Shown here in pieces: positions 1 to 8,873 of a stretch of DNA of 64,000 nucleotides. The notes beneath the pieces were generated by a model. It saw only the letters and a program-made list of their open reading frames with translations, did no database searches and was not told the DNA's origin. This DNA comes from Micromonosporaceae bacterium (lineage in GTDB: Bacteria > Actinomycetota > Actinomycetes > Mycobacteriales > Micromonosporaceae): positions 25,800 to 89,799 of the forward strand of contig DASUXA010000040.1 in assembly GCA_036378155.1 (NCBI GenBank). Reading direction: 5' to 3'. Both the position numbers and the translations under genes were made by a program. The stretch's first letter is position 1; each line of letters starts with the position of its first letter.

Positions 1-5
1 CCGCC

Positions 6-344
6 GTGTCCGACGACACGGCGACCGGGACCGTCGTGGACACCCGCGCCCGGTCCGGCGACACGGCGACCCGGACCGGCGTGACGACCTCGCTGTGGCC
101 GGACGGTGCGGCGGACAGCTACCGCAGCCGGTGGCGTGAGATCCAACTGCGGTTCGTCGACGACCCGCACGGGGCGACCGACGAAGCCGGGCACCTGGTG
201 GGCGAGGTCATCGACGCGCTCGCCGAGACGTTCCGCGCGCGCCACGAGGGTGCGCGGGAATGGCGGACCAGTTGGGACACCGAGGCGCTGCGCACCTCGG
301 TCCAGCGGTACCGGGACCTGATGGACCGGTTGCTCGGCATGTAG
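6..344 (+). CDS. conserved hypothetical protein (may extend upstream of the window)
   Basis: 112-aa ORF starting at GTG 6 with no upstream stop inside the window. Composition is non-repetitive (WREIQLRFVDDPHGATDEAGHLVGEV). The overlapping frames are Arg/Pro-rich shadows. Confidence 0.55.
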   Translation: MSDDTATGTVVDTRARSGDTATRTGVTTSLWPDGAADSYRSRWREIQLRFVDDPHGATDEAGHLVGEVIDALAETFRARHEGAREWRTSWDTEALRTSVQRYRDLMDRLLGM

Positions 345-430
345 CCGCCAGCCGCTCACCACCGAATCGCGACGCTACGCCGGTGGGCCGGGACGTCGTC
401 CCGGCCCACCGGCGTGTCCTGACCCGGTGA

Positions 431-1243
431 TCAGTCGAAGAACCGCGCCAGGTGCGTCTCGTCCGGCTCCGGTACACCGTCACGCAGCGGGGTGAGGTCG
501 GCGAACACCGTGGCGCCGTCGCAGCCGGCGTGCAACGGGTACCAGCGCAGCGGGCTGCCGAGCCGGCGGCAGATGCCCTTGATCGTCTGTACGTCGACCA
601 GCCGCACATGGGTCGGGTCCGCCACGGCGTTCACGCAGCGCCAGTACGGCGACAGCAGGTGCAGCACCCCGTCCGGTCGCAGGACGCGGTGACAGTCGTC
701 CACGACCGGGAGGAAGTCCGGCAGGTGTTCCAGCAGGTGTACCGCGAAGATGGTGTCGACGCAGCGGTCGGCGAACGGCAGCCGCCCGCGGGACAGGTCG
801 GCGCGGACGTCGACACCCGCCGACGGGCGCAGGTCGACGCCGATGTTCTCCGGGTACTGCTTGGTGTCCCCGCAGCCGAGGTCGACGATCACCGGCGCGC
901 GCCCCGCGAGGCGGACCCGGGACCAGACCGCGTACACCCCGTCCAGCCGACCCAGCAGGTCGCGGACCAGACGCAGGTCCTTCGGGTCGGCGACCTCCCC
1001 GGTCACGTGCGCCACCCCGCCACGGAACCGCGCCGCGACGGCGAGGGTGCGCAGCCGGTCGTCGTGGGCGAACAGGTCCGCCGCCGCCCGGTCGAGAAAC
1101 GCGTCGACCGCCGCCAGCCGCTTCTCGGACACGCCGACGCCGCCCCCGCTGACAAACACCCGCGCCTCCGCTCGTCCGCGTTCTGCCGGTACGACGGCAG
1201 CACTGCTTCCCGAGCGGGGCGGGGCGAAACGCGGCGCGGGCAC
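431..1243 (-). CDS. class I SAM-dependent methyltransferase with an N-terminal BON-like segment
   Basis: 270-aa ORF. It has motif I VIVDLGCGD and a Methyltransf_11-like stretch RLPFADRCVDTIFAVHLLEHL. The N-terminal GGVAHVTGEVADPKDLRLVRDLLGRLDGVYAVWSRVRL resembles a BON domain. Confidence 0.8.
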   Translation of the reverse strand: MPAPRFAPPRSGSSAAVVPAERGRAEARVFVSGGGVGVSEKRLAAVDAFLDRAAADLFAHDDRLRTLAVAARFRGGVAHVTGEVADPKDLRLVRDLLGRLDGVYAVWSRVRLAGRAPVIVDLGCGDTKQYPENIGVDLRPSAGVDVRADLSRGRLPFADRCVDTIFAVHLLEHLPDFLPVVDDCHRVLRPDGVLHLLSPYWRCVNAVADPTHVRLVDVQTIKGICRRLGSPLRWYPLHAGCDGATVFADLTPLRDGVPEPDETHLARFFD

Positions 1244-1294
1244 GCGAACGGGCTCCGGGTGGCACCCGGAGCCCGTTCGCCTCGAGCTTGTCGC

Positions 1295-3280
1295 TCAGGA
1301 GCCGGACAGCGCGGACAGGAACGCCGCTCCGTTCGGGGTACCGACACCGGTCACGTCGTCGTAGCCGGCGCGGGCGTGGATCGTCAGACCGCTGTCGTCG
1401 CTCAGCGAGCGCAGCGTGTACGAGTATCCGTTGCTGGCGTCGACGCCGTTGACGTAGTCGGAGCGCACCGCCGCCATCGCGCCCGCCGGGGGCGTCACGT
1501 CGTGGTACGCGGAGCTACCGGCGTGGCGGTAGATCAGCGGGTTGGCGAAGCCGATCACGTGGCCCGCCTTCTGCTGCGCCAGCGCCATGAACCCGGCCAT
1601 CAGCGGCGAGGCGAGGCTGGTGCCGCCGATGCGGTACTCGGCGTACTTGGCAGTCCCGTCCGGGAAGGTCTGGGTCTGCCCGACCAGCATGCCGGTGGTG
1701 GGGTCGCCGAGCGCGGCGATGTCCGGTACCACCCGCATCGGGGCGCCGCCGTGGTTGGTCGCGATCGCGTCCGGTACCACACCGGCCTGGTAGCCCGGCT
1801 GGCCGAACAGCCGGCTGGTGCCGCCACCCGAGCCGTACATGTAGGTGCCGGGGTAGGCGGGCGACCACGCGCCGCTGACCAGCTTCGAGCGGCCGGTCTC
1901 CCAGCCGGTCTCGAACAGGTACTGTCCGCTGCTGCCGACACCCAGCGAGGTGCCGCCGACCGCGGTCACCCACGGGCTGGACGCCGGCCAGTCCGGGGTC
2001 GCCGACGCGGCGTTGGCGGGGTCGCCGCCGGTCTCGTCGCCGTAGTCGCCGGAGGAGAAGTAGAGGCCGATACCGGTCGCCGCGGCCTGCAGCATGATGT
2101 CGATGTACGGCTTGATGTAGCCGGTCGGCAGCGCCTCACCGGAGAAGCCGTACGAGTTGGTGACGATGGTCGCCAGCCGCTGGTCCACGACGTGGTTCAG
2201 CGCCGCGTCCATGTCGTTGTAGTTGTTCGGCGAGCCCACGTACACGATGTCCGCGCCCGGCGCCATGCCGTGCACCGCCTCGACGTCGAGGGTCTCCTCG
2301 CCGTACCAGCCCTGCGGGTCCTGCACCGGTCCACGCGCGCCACGCGCGCCGGCGACCGGCATCCGGAACGTACCGGGGGCCACGACCTGCGAGAACTGCC
2401 CGCCGTTCATGGTCGGCTGACCGTGCAGAGTGGAGTACTGGTTGACGTCGTCGAGAATGGTCGGCGACGCGTACGCGTCGATGATGGCGACCTTCTCGCC
2501 GCGCCCGTCGTTACCGGCCTTGATCGCCGACGCCACGCCGTAGGCGCTCTGCAGCTGACCGGGGGTGTACCCGCACGGGGCGTACGGGGCGGGGGAACCG
2601 TTGAGGCCCGGCAGGGTGGTGCCGTCCGGGGTGCCGGTGGTGGCGGTGGTCTTCTGGCCCCAGTACGACGAGCAGGGCTGGGCGTTGAGGAAGACCGGCG
2701 ACGGCGGCGCGTGGCTGATCAGGGCGGCGGAGTCGTCCAGACCGACGACCGCGTCCACCATGCTCAGATCGGCGGGCACGGACAGCGCCGACTCGGGGGC
2801 GTGCAGGGTCAGTCCGTCCTTGGTGTACAGGCCGATCTTCGCGCCGAACGCCTTCTCAGCCTGCTCGACCGTGCCCTCGGCGGCGACGTAGTGCCCGTTC
2901 TGCGGCGTGTAGTCGACGGTGAAGCCGGCGTCGCGCAGCCACTTCTGTACCGCCGTGACGTCCGACTGCTTCGGGGCGAACTGGGCGCGGAACTGTTCCG
3001 GGGTGAGGAACTGTCCATAGCTGGACGATCCCGGCGTGGACACGTCGGTCGCCAGCTTCTGGGCCGCCGCCTCGTCCCGCCAGCCCAGGTATACCCGGAA
3101 GCCGACGTGGTCGGTCGACAGGGCGTCGCTCTGCAGCGACGCGGCCTTCGCCCAACTCGGCACGCTGCCGGAAAGTTCGTGCCGGGCGGACGCGCCGGCG
3201 ACGCCGTTCACCGCGAACGCGGCGACGGCGCCGAGCGCGACCACCCCGGCGATGATCGGTACGGGTTTGCGCATGAGCAC
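1295..3280 (-). CDS. secreted S53 (sedolisin/kumamolisin-like) serine peptidase with pro-domain
   Basis: 661-aa ORF with a signal-like N-terminus MLMRKPVPIIAGVVALGAVAAFA. It has a pro-kumamolisin-type activation region (YGQFLTPEQF, VQKWLRDAGF) and the catalytic-domain motifs SSGDYGD and GGTSLASPLMAG. Confidence 0.9.
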   Translation of the reverse strand: MLMRKPVPIIAGVVALGAVAAFAVNGVAGASARHELSGSVPSWAKAASLQSDALSTDHVGFRVYLGWRDEAAAQKLATDVSTPGSSSYGQFLTPEQFRAQFAPKQSDVTAVQKWLRDAGFTVDYTPQNGHYVAAEGTVEQAEKAFGAKIGLYTKDGLTLHAPESALSVPADLSMVDAVVGLDDSAALISHAPPSPVFLNAQPCSSYWGQKTTATTGTPDGTTLPGLNGSPAPYAPCGYTPGQLQSAYGVASAIKAGNDGRGEKVAIIDAYASPTILDDVNQYSTLHGQPTMNGGQFSQVVAPGTFRMPVAGARGARGPVQDPQGWYGEETLDVEAVHGMAPGADIVYVGSPNNYNDMDAALNHVVDQRLATIVTNSYGFSGEALPTGYIKPYIDIMLQAAATGIGLYFSSGDYGDETGGDPANAASATPDWPASSPWVTAVGGTSLGVGSSGQYLFETGWETGRSKLVSGAWSPAYPGTYMYGSGGGTSRLFGQPGYQAGVVPDAIATNHGGAPMRVVPDIAALGDPTTGMLVGQTQTFPDGTAKYAEYRIGGTSLASPLMAGFMALAQQKAGHVIGFANPLIYRHAGSSAYHDVTPPAGAMAAVRSDYVNGVDASNGYSYTLRSLSDDSGLTIHARAGYDDVTGVGTPNGAAFLSALSGS

Positions 3281-3507
3281 CTCATCGGATCTGGCTGCGG
3301 CCGACCTGAACGGCGCGCACGCAGATCACGGTCGGTCGGTGAGCAGAAAGCTCGCGACGATGGTTATACCTGGCAACGGCGACGCTCGGCGCCCTCGCCC
3401 GACGGCGATTGGCTGCAAACGAGGGTGCCGGCAAGGGTTACGAGGGCCTTAGCCAGCGCGAACGTCGACCGACCGGGCACCACACGGTCGACCCGAGGGG
3501 CGGCGGT

Positions 3508-4284
3508 TCAGGCGGGCGGGGCGAGCGGCAGGTCGTCCGAGCGCCAGGCGGTACCGTCGTCCGCGACCACGGCGACCCGGTACCCGACGAGGTCGGCGAG
3601 CCAGGTCAGCCCGGCGCGTCCCATCGCGACACCGGCGGTGGCGTAGGCGTCGGCGCGGCCCAGGTCGGTACCGACCACGGTCACCGAACACAGCCCGGCG
3701 GCGGCGGTGCCCCGGTGCGGGTCGACCACGTGGTGACCGCGCTCGTACGTGCCGGACGTGGCGACCGCCAGGTCGGTGCCTTCCAGCACCCAGCACACCC
3801 GATCCGCCTGCCGGGGGTGGCGTACCCCGATCCGCCACGGCTGCCCCGGCGCCTGGTGCCCGCGTACCCGCACGTCACCGCCGGCGTTCAGGCAGTGGTT
3901 CGGGCAACCGGCGGCGAGCAGCCGGTCCGACGCGACCTGGACCGCCCAGCCCTTCACGAATCCCGACGGGTCCAGCGCGCCGGTCGCGTACACGTCGAAG
4001 TAGCCCTCGGTGTCGCGCCACAGGTCGGCGCAGGCGTCCAGGACCAGCCGCAGGTCCGCGGAGCAGTCGGCGAGCGACGTCTCGCCGCGCGCCAGCCGGT
4101 TGACCTCGCTGTCGTGCCGGAACGTGCTGAACCGCCGATCCACCTCGTGCAGCCAGGCGAACACCTGGGCGGCGAGCCGGTCCAGGGTGTGCGCCGGCAG
4201 CGGGTCGGACAGGTGCAGGCTGACCGGCATGCCCATGACCTGCTCCACGCGGCGCAGCCCGGGCAGCCTGGTCACGCTAGGCAT
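3508..4284 (-). CDS. apbE: FAD:protein FMN transferase (ApbE family)
   Basis: 258-aa ORF with typical ApbE blocks (MGMPVSLHL, RFSTFRHDSEVNRLA, GYFDV..DPSGFVKGWA, AVATSGTYERG). Its ATG overlaps the stop of the upstream FMN-binding gene by 8 nt. Confidence 0.9.
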   Translation of the reverse strand: MPSVTRLPGLRRVEQVMGMPVSLHLSDPLPAHTLDRLAAQVFAWLHEVDRRFSTFRHDSEVNRLARGETSLADCSADLRLVLDACADLWRDTEGYFDVYATGALDPSGFVKGWAVQVASDRLLAAGCPNHCLNAGGDVRVRGHQAPGQPWRIGVRHPRQADRVCWVLEGTDLAVATSGTYERGHHVVDPHRGTAAAGLCSVTVVGTDLGRADAYATAGVAMGRAGLTWLADLVGYRVAVVADDGTAWRSDDLPLAPPA

Positions 4285-4816
4285 GCGCGGCGTCCAGCGC
4301 CGACTGCAGCGACGTCTTGTACGCGGTGCTGGTGTAGGTGGCGCCGGAAACGGTGGCGATGGCGGCGCTCTGCGCGGCGAGCGCCTCCTGGCGCAGCTTC
4401 GGAACGGCGTTCGCGTTGATCTTGGCGGAGGTCTCGGGTGACGTCGGATAGGTGGCGCTCACGTCGGTGACCCGGCCGCCGGAGACGGTGATGGTGACCT
4501 TGACCGTGCCGTACTTCTCGGTCACCGCCCGCCCGGCGAACGTGCCGTTCGTCAACCCGGTCGTCTTCGTCGGCGGGTTGGCCGACGTGCCGGTACGACT
4601 CGGGCGGGCGGAGGCCGATCCGCCGTGGGCGGCGGGCGGCGTCGGACCGCGCGAGGCGGAGCCGGTGGGCGTGGCGGTCGGATCGCCCGCCGCCCCGACG
4701 TCGCCGGTCGCGGCCGCCGCCTGCGGTGCCGTCAGCGGGTTGGTGCCCAGCTTCGCCCCGACGAGCAGGCTGGTGCCGGCGACGGTACCGAGAACAGCGA
4801 AGACGGCGCGACGCAC
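4277..4816 (-). CDS. membrane-anchored or exported FMN-binding domain protein
   Basis: 179-aa ORF. N-terminus MRRAVFAVLGTVAGTSLLVGA, then a Pro/Thr/Ala-rich linker, then a C-terminal FMN_bind-type domain with an SGAT core (IATVSGATYTS). Confidence 0.85.
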   Translation of the reverse strand: MRRAVFAVLGTVAGTSLLVGAKLGTNPLTAPQAAAATGDVGAAGDPTATPTGSASRGPTPPAAHGGSASARPSRTGTSANPPTKTTGLTNGTFAGRAVTEKYGTVKVTITVSGGRVTDVSATYPTSPETSAKINANAVPKLRQEALAAQSAAIATVSGATYTSTAYKTSLQSALDAAHA

Positions 4817-4831
4817 CGGATACCTCCAGGC

Positions 4832-6463
4832 TCAGAATTCGAACGGGTCGAGGTGGATCTGCTTGCGGGGCACGCGCAGCCGACGCAGCGTCTTGACCGA
4901 GGCGGCGATCAGCCCCTGCGGCCCGCACAGGTACACGTCGCGCCGGGTGACGTCCGGTACCAGCTGGCGCATGCCCTTCGGGGTGAACACGTGCTTCGGC
5001 CACGGGTCGTCCCGCGATCCGAGCACGTACCAGACGTACGCCTCCTTCTCGTACGCCAGCCAGTCCAACTCGGCGCGGAACACCAGTTCCTGCTCGCTCG
5101 CGGCGCGGTAGATCACCACCGCGCCCGGCGGTACCTCCTCCAGCAACGCACGGATCGGCGCGATCCCGCTCCCGGCGGCGATCAGCAGGGTGCGGTTGCG
5201 CCTGCGGCGGTCGGCGGTGAACACCCCGGACGGGCCCTCGGCGAACACCCGCACGCCCGGACGCAGCCGTCGCAGGTCGTCGGTGTGGTCGCCGACCACC
5301 TTGACGGTCAGGCGCAGCCACGATCCGTTGGGCGCGGCGGACAGCGAGAACGGGTGCGCCTGCCACCAGCAGCCACGGGTCAGGAAGCGCCACCGGAAGT
5401 ACTGCCCGGCACGTACCCGCAGGCCGTCGAGCCGGCGTCCGGTGATGTAGATCGAGATCATGTCGTTGCCTTCCGGCACGACCTCCGCGACCCGCAGCAG
5501 GTGGCGCAGGTTGAGCGCCAGCGGCGCGAGGACCCGACCCCACACCAGGCACGCCACGACCAGCAGGTACAACGCCGTCCAGTACCACCGGCCGAAGCCC
5601 GGCCGGAACAGTTCCTGACCGGTGGCGAACTGGTGCCCGTACCCGAGCAGCAGTACCAGGTAGCTGGACAGGTGGATGTAGTACCAGCCCTCGTACGGCA
5701 GCAGGCGGCGGATCGCGCGTACCGCGGTGACCGCCACCGCGACCAGGATCCCGGTCGCCACGAACGCGCTGATCATGTCCTCGTACGTGGTGAGCATCGT
5801 CCACGTCTCGCGGGCGATCGAGACCCGCTCGCTGTCGGCGTACCCGACGATGACGAGCGCGACGTGCGCCAGGACCGCCAGGAACAGGAATCCGCCCAGT
5901 TCGCGGTGCCACATCAGCAGGTCGTGGGCGCCGATCCAGCGTTCGAGCCAGCCCACCCGGCTCATCAGCAGGACTTGGACGACCAGTACGAACCCGCCGA
6001 TCAGCCCGGTGATGCGACCGGCCGCGGTGAGCACGTCGCCGAGGGTGTTCAGCGAGTGCGCCGGCGTGTCCAGCCACCACACTTCGAGGCTGGCGGCGAG
6101 GGCGAACCAGAAGAAGACGGTGATGAAGGTCCGTCCGCCGGCGCCGTCGCGGGCGCCCGCCGCAACCGGGGGGCGGATCGACGACGTGGCGACCGGCGGA
6201 GTCGCCCACTGGCTGCCCGGCTGTGCCGTGGCCTGCGCCGCGGTGGAGTCCACCGCCGGCTCGCCCACCCAGGGCGCCGGGACCGGCTCGACCCAGGGCG
6301 CCGGGACCGGCTCGCCGGCCCAGCCGACTGTCGCGCTCTCGCCGACCGGCGGTGCCGGTGTCGAGACCGCCGGTTCGGCGACCGCCGCCGTCGCCCACGG
6401 TTCGCCTACCCACGGCTCGTCCGGTGAGCGCACCACCGGCGACGCGTACCCGTATCCATCCAT
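4832..6463 (-). CDS. ferric reductase/NOX-like transmembrane flavocytochrome (FRD membrane domain plus FAD/NAD(P)-binding domain)
   Basis: Multi-TM region with conserved His residues (WHRELGGFLFLAVLAHV, YIHLSSYLVLLLGYGHQ), followed by ferredoxin-reductase-type motifs (HPFSLS, LLIAAGSGIAP). The track ORF extends to 6547, but its first 28 codons have poor GC3, so I started it at the in-frame ATG 6463. The start remains uncertain. The N-terminus is Pro-rich with a 24-bp tandem repeat (VEPVPAPW x2). Confidence 0.85.
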   Translation of the reverse strand: MDGYGYASPVVRSPDEPWVGEPWATAAVAEPAVSTPAPPVGESATVGWAGEPVPAPWVEPVPAPWVGEPAVDSTAAQATAQPGSQWATPPVATSSIRPPVAAGARDGAGGRTFITVFFWFALAASLEVWWLDTPAHSLNTLGDVLTAAGRITGLIGGFVLVVQVLLMSRVGWLERWIGAHDLLMWHRELGGFLFLAVLAHVALVIVGYADSERVSIARETWTMLTTYEDMISAFVATGILVAVAVTAVRAIRRLLPYEGWYYIHLSSYLVLLLGYGHQFATGQELFRPGFGRWYWTALYLLVVACLVWGRVLAPLALNLRHLLRVAEVVPEGNDMISIYITGRRLDGLRVRAGQYFRWRFLTRGCWWQAHPFSLSAAPNGSWLRLTVKVVGDHTDDLRRLRPGVRVFAEGPSGVFTADRRRRNRTLLIAAGSGIAPIRALLEEVPPGAVVIYRAASEQELVFRAELDWLAYEKEAYVWYVLGSRDDPWPKHVFTPKGMRQLVPDVTRRDVYLCGPQGLIAASVKTLRRLRVPRKQIHLDPFEF

Positions 6464-6867
6464 CGGGTTAGGTGGTACCAGCGGAACGGCCAGTTGCGCC
6501 AGTGCCGCGGGGCAGTCTGAAGGGACTTTTGACGTGGCAATGGACACGCGCGCCGAATACGTTCGCGCAGCGCTGTCAGATGATTGCCGTGCGCATTGGA
6601 GTCACCCTCCAATTACCGTGCGCCACATCGAGATCCGACCCCGGCGGAAATGGCGCCGCACCGCCGACCGTCGCGGGCATTGTCCGGTACGTACCACCGA
6701 TTCCGCACGACACAGCGGAAATGACCGAAACGTCGTGCGCAACTTACCCGCGCGCTCCGGTCGGCGAGCCGTCGGGCCCGTGCCACAATTCGCCATCAGC
6801 GAAAACGACGGGATGTCGGTCGCCGTGACCACGGCGCGCGTCGATAGCCGATGATACGATCACAGAC

Positions 6868-7344
6868 GTGGCAGCAGATAGAAATCAATTGATTTCTGAC
6901 GACGTTGTCCGATCCTCACTTCCGTTGTCGACCGCGGTCGCCGTGTGGCCCGGATTCGCGTTGCGCAAGGCGTCACAGCGCTTCGCCGCGATGGCTGAGG
7001 AGATGCTCGGACCGTCCGGACTGACCCTGCGCCACTTCGGCGTGCTGTGCTCGGTGCACGCCGAACCCGGACAGAACCAGCGGGTCATCGGCGAGCGGCT
7101 GCGCATCGACCGCAGCAGCGTGGTCACCATCCTCGACGATCTGGAGCGCGCCGGCCTGCTCCAACGCCGCCGGGCGGACCGGCGCACCTTCGCCCTGCAC
7201 CTGACCGACGCCGGCGCGGAACGCCTGTCCGAACTCGAGGCGATCATGGCGCGCCTGCACGCCGAGTTCCTCGCCCCGCTGTCCCCCGCCGAACAGACCG
7301 TTCTCCGCGAACTGCTGATCAGGCTCGCCGAGGGTCGCGCCTGA
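6868..7344 (+). CDS. MarR family transcriptional regulator
   Basis: 158-aa ORF with winged-helix MarR blocks (LTLRHFGVLCSV, NQRVIGERLRIDRSSVVTILDDLERAGLLQRR). The start is uncertain because the palindrome sits in codons 5-10. Confidence 0.85.
   Translation: MAADRNQLISDDVVRSSLPLSTAVAVWPGFALRKASQRFAAMAEEMLGPSGLTLRHFGVLCSVHAEPGQNQRVIGERLRIDRSSVVTILDDLERAGLLQRRRADRRTFALHLTDAGAERLSELEAIMARLHAEFLAPLSPAEQTVLRELLIRLAEGRA
6880..6897. promoter_or_regulatory. perfect 18-bp AT-rich palindrome AGAAATCAATTGATTTCT, candidate MarR operator
   Basis: Read directly from the sequence. It is the most AT-rich perfect palindrome in this divergent region. It lies 12 nt inside the longest marR ORF (GTG 6868). Confidence 0.5.
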
Positions 7345-7356
7345 CCGCCGCGCCCG

Positions 7357-8766
7357 CTACTCGGTGTGCGGCGCGCCGCCGCTTGCTGTGCCGGGTCCCA
7401 CCCACACCGTCTTGAGGTTGCAGAACTCGCGGATGCCGTGCGCGGACAGTTCCCGTCCGTACCCGGAGTTCTTCACCCCGCCGAACGGCAGCGACGGGTA
7501 CGACGTGGTCATCCCGTTCACGAACACCATGCCGGCGTCCAGATCGTCGACGAAGCGGCGCTGCTCGTCCGGATCGGTGGTCCAGGCGTTGGAGCCGAGT
7601 CCGAAGTCGCAGTCGTTGGCGATCGCGATCGCCTCGTCGTACGACGACACCCGGTACAGCCCGGCGACCGGCCCGAACACCTCCTCGTGCCACATGCGCA
7701 TGTCCGGAGTCAGGTCCGCGACCACCGTCGGCGGGTACCACCAGCCCGCCCGGTCCGGCACCCGTCCCCCGCACAGCACCCGGGCGCCCTTGGCGACCGC
7801 GTCGGCGACCTGCTCGTGTACCCCGTCGCGACCGGATTCCAAGGCGAGCGGCCCGACGTCGGTACCGTCGGCGGTCGGGTCACCGACCGACAGCCGCGAC
7901 ATCCTCGCCACGAACGCCTCGGCGAACGCGTCGTACACGTCGGCGTGCACGATGAACCGCTTCGCGGCGATACACGACTGACCGTTGTTCTGGCAGCGCG
8001 CCACGGTCGCCACGTCCGCCGCCGCCTCGACGTCCGCCGACGGCATCACCACGAACGGGTCGCTGCCGCCCAGTTCCAGGACGGTCTTCTTCAACTCCCG
8101 TCCGGCGATCGCCGCCACCGCGCGACCCGCCTGCTCGCTGCCGGTCAGCGTCGCGGCCCGTACCCGGCGGTCGGTGAGCACCCGCTCGACCTTGTCCGAA
8201 CCGATCAGCAGGGTCTGGAACGCGCCGGACGGGAAGCCCACGCGGCGGAACAGGTCCTCCAGGTACAGCGCCGTCTGCGGCACGTTCGACGCGTGCTTGA
8301 GCAGCCCCACGTTGCCCGCCATCAGAGCGGGCGCGGCGAACCGCATCGCCTGCCAGAGCGGGAAGTTCCACGGCATGACCGCGAGCACCGGACCGAGCGG
8401 CTGGTACCGGGCGTAGGCGCGGACCGCGCCCACGGCGCCCGCGTCGGACGGTTCGTCGGCCAGGAACGACTCGGCGTGCTCGGCGTAGTACCGGCAGGCG
8501 TTGGCGCACTTGCTCACCTCCGCCTTCGCCGACGCCAACGTCTTGCCCATCTCCGTGGTCATCAGCGCGGCCAGGTCGTCACGGTCGCCGTCGAGGAGGT
8601 CCGCGGCGCGGCGCATCCACTCGCCGCGCTGGGCGAACGAGGTGTCGCGCAGCGCCCGGAACCCGTCGACCGCTCGGCTGATGCAGGCGTCGACCTGCTC
8701 GTCCGGCATCGCGTCGAAGGTCTTGACCACCTGCCCGGTCGCCGGGTTGGTCGTCGTGATCGCCAT
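7357..8766 (-). CDS. NAD(P)+-dependent aldehyde dehydrogenase (succinate-semialdehyde dehydrogenase-like)
   Basis: 469-aa ORF with ALDH signatures VLELGGSDPF (catalytic Glu region) and NNGQSCIAAKRF (catalytic Cys). Confidence 0.9.
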   Translation of the reverse strand: MAITTTNPATGQVVKTFDAMPDEQVDACISRAVDGFRALRDTSFAQRGEWMRRAADLLDGDRDDLAALMTTEMGKTLASAKAEVSKCANACRYYAEHAESFLADEPSDAGAVGAVRAYARYQPLGPVLAVMPWNFPLWQAMRFAAPALMAGNVGLLKHASNVPQTALYLEDLFRRVGFPSGAFQTLLIGSDKVERVLTDRRVRAATLTGSEQAGRAVAAIAGRELKKTVLELGGSDPFVVMPSADVEAAADVATVARCQNNGQSCIAAKRFIVHADVYDAFAEAFVARMSRLSVGDPTADGTDVGPLALESGRDGVHEQVADAVAKGARVLCGGRVPDRAGWWYPPTVVADLTPDMRMWHEEVFGPVAGLYRVSSYDEAIAIANDCDFGLGSNAWTTDPDEQRRFVDDLDAGMVFVNGMTTSYPSLPFGGVKNSGYGRELSAHGIREFCNLKTVWVGPGTASGGAPHTE

Positions 8767-8873
8767 CGTGCCCTCCGTCCTGCCGCGCTCGCGCCGACGC
8801 CGTCGAGGTTATGCGAGATCCATCCACGGCTACCCGGGCGGGCGGGCGGACAAACCGGCGCTGGTGGCAGGCT

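Noticed and set aside
452-3646. Very long ORFs in the track: 452-3646 (+), 4272-6413 (-), 26968-30222 (+), 30263-32959 (-), 30799-34149 (+), 37188-40265 (+), 48952-50880 (-), 61760-63880 (-), and others.
   Set aside because: Their translations are dominated by Arg/Gly/Pro/Ala runs with no recognisable motifs. They lie antisense or out of frame to ORFs with clear family signatures. This is the expected shadow-ORF artefact of DNA above 70% GC. Only their short genuine 3' portions were kept, re-started at SD-supported codons.
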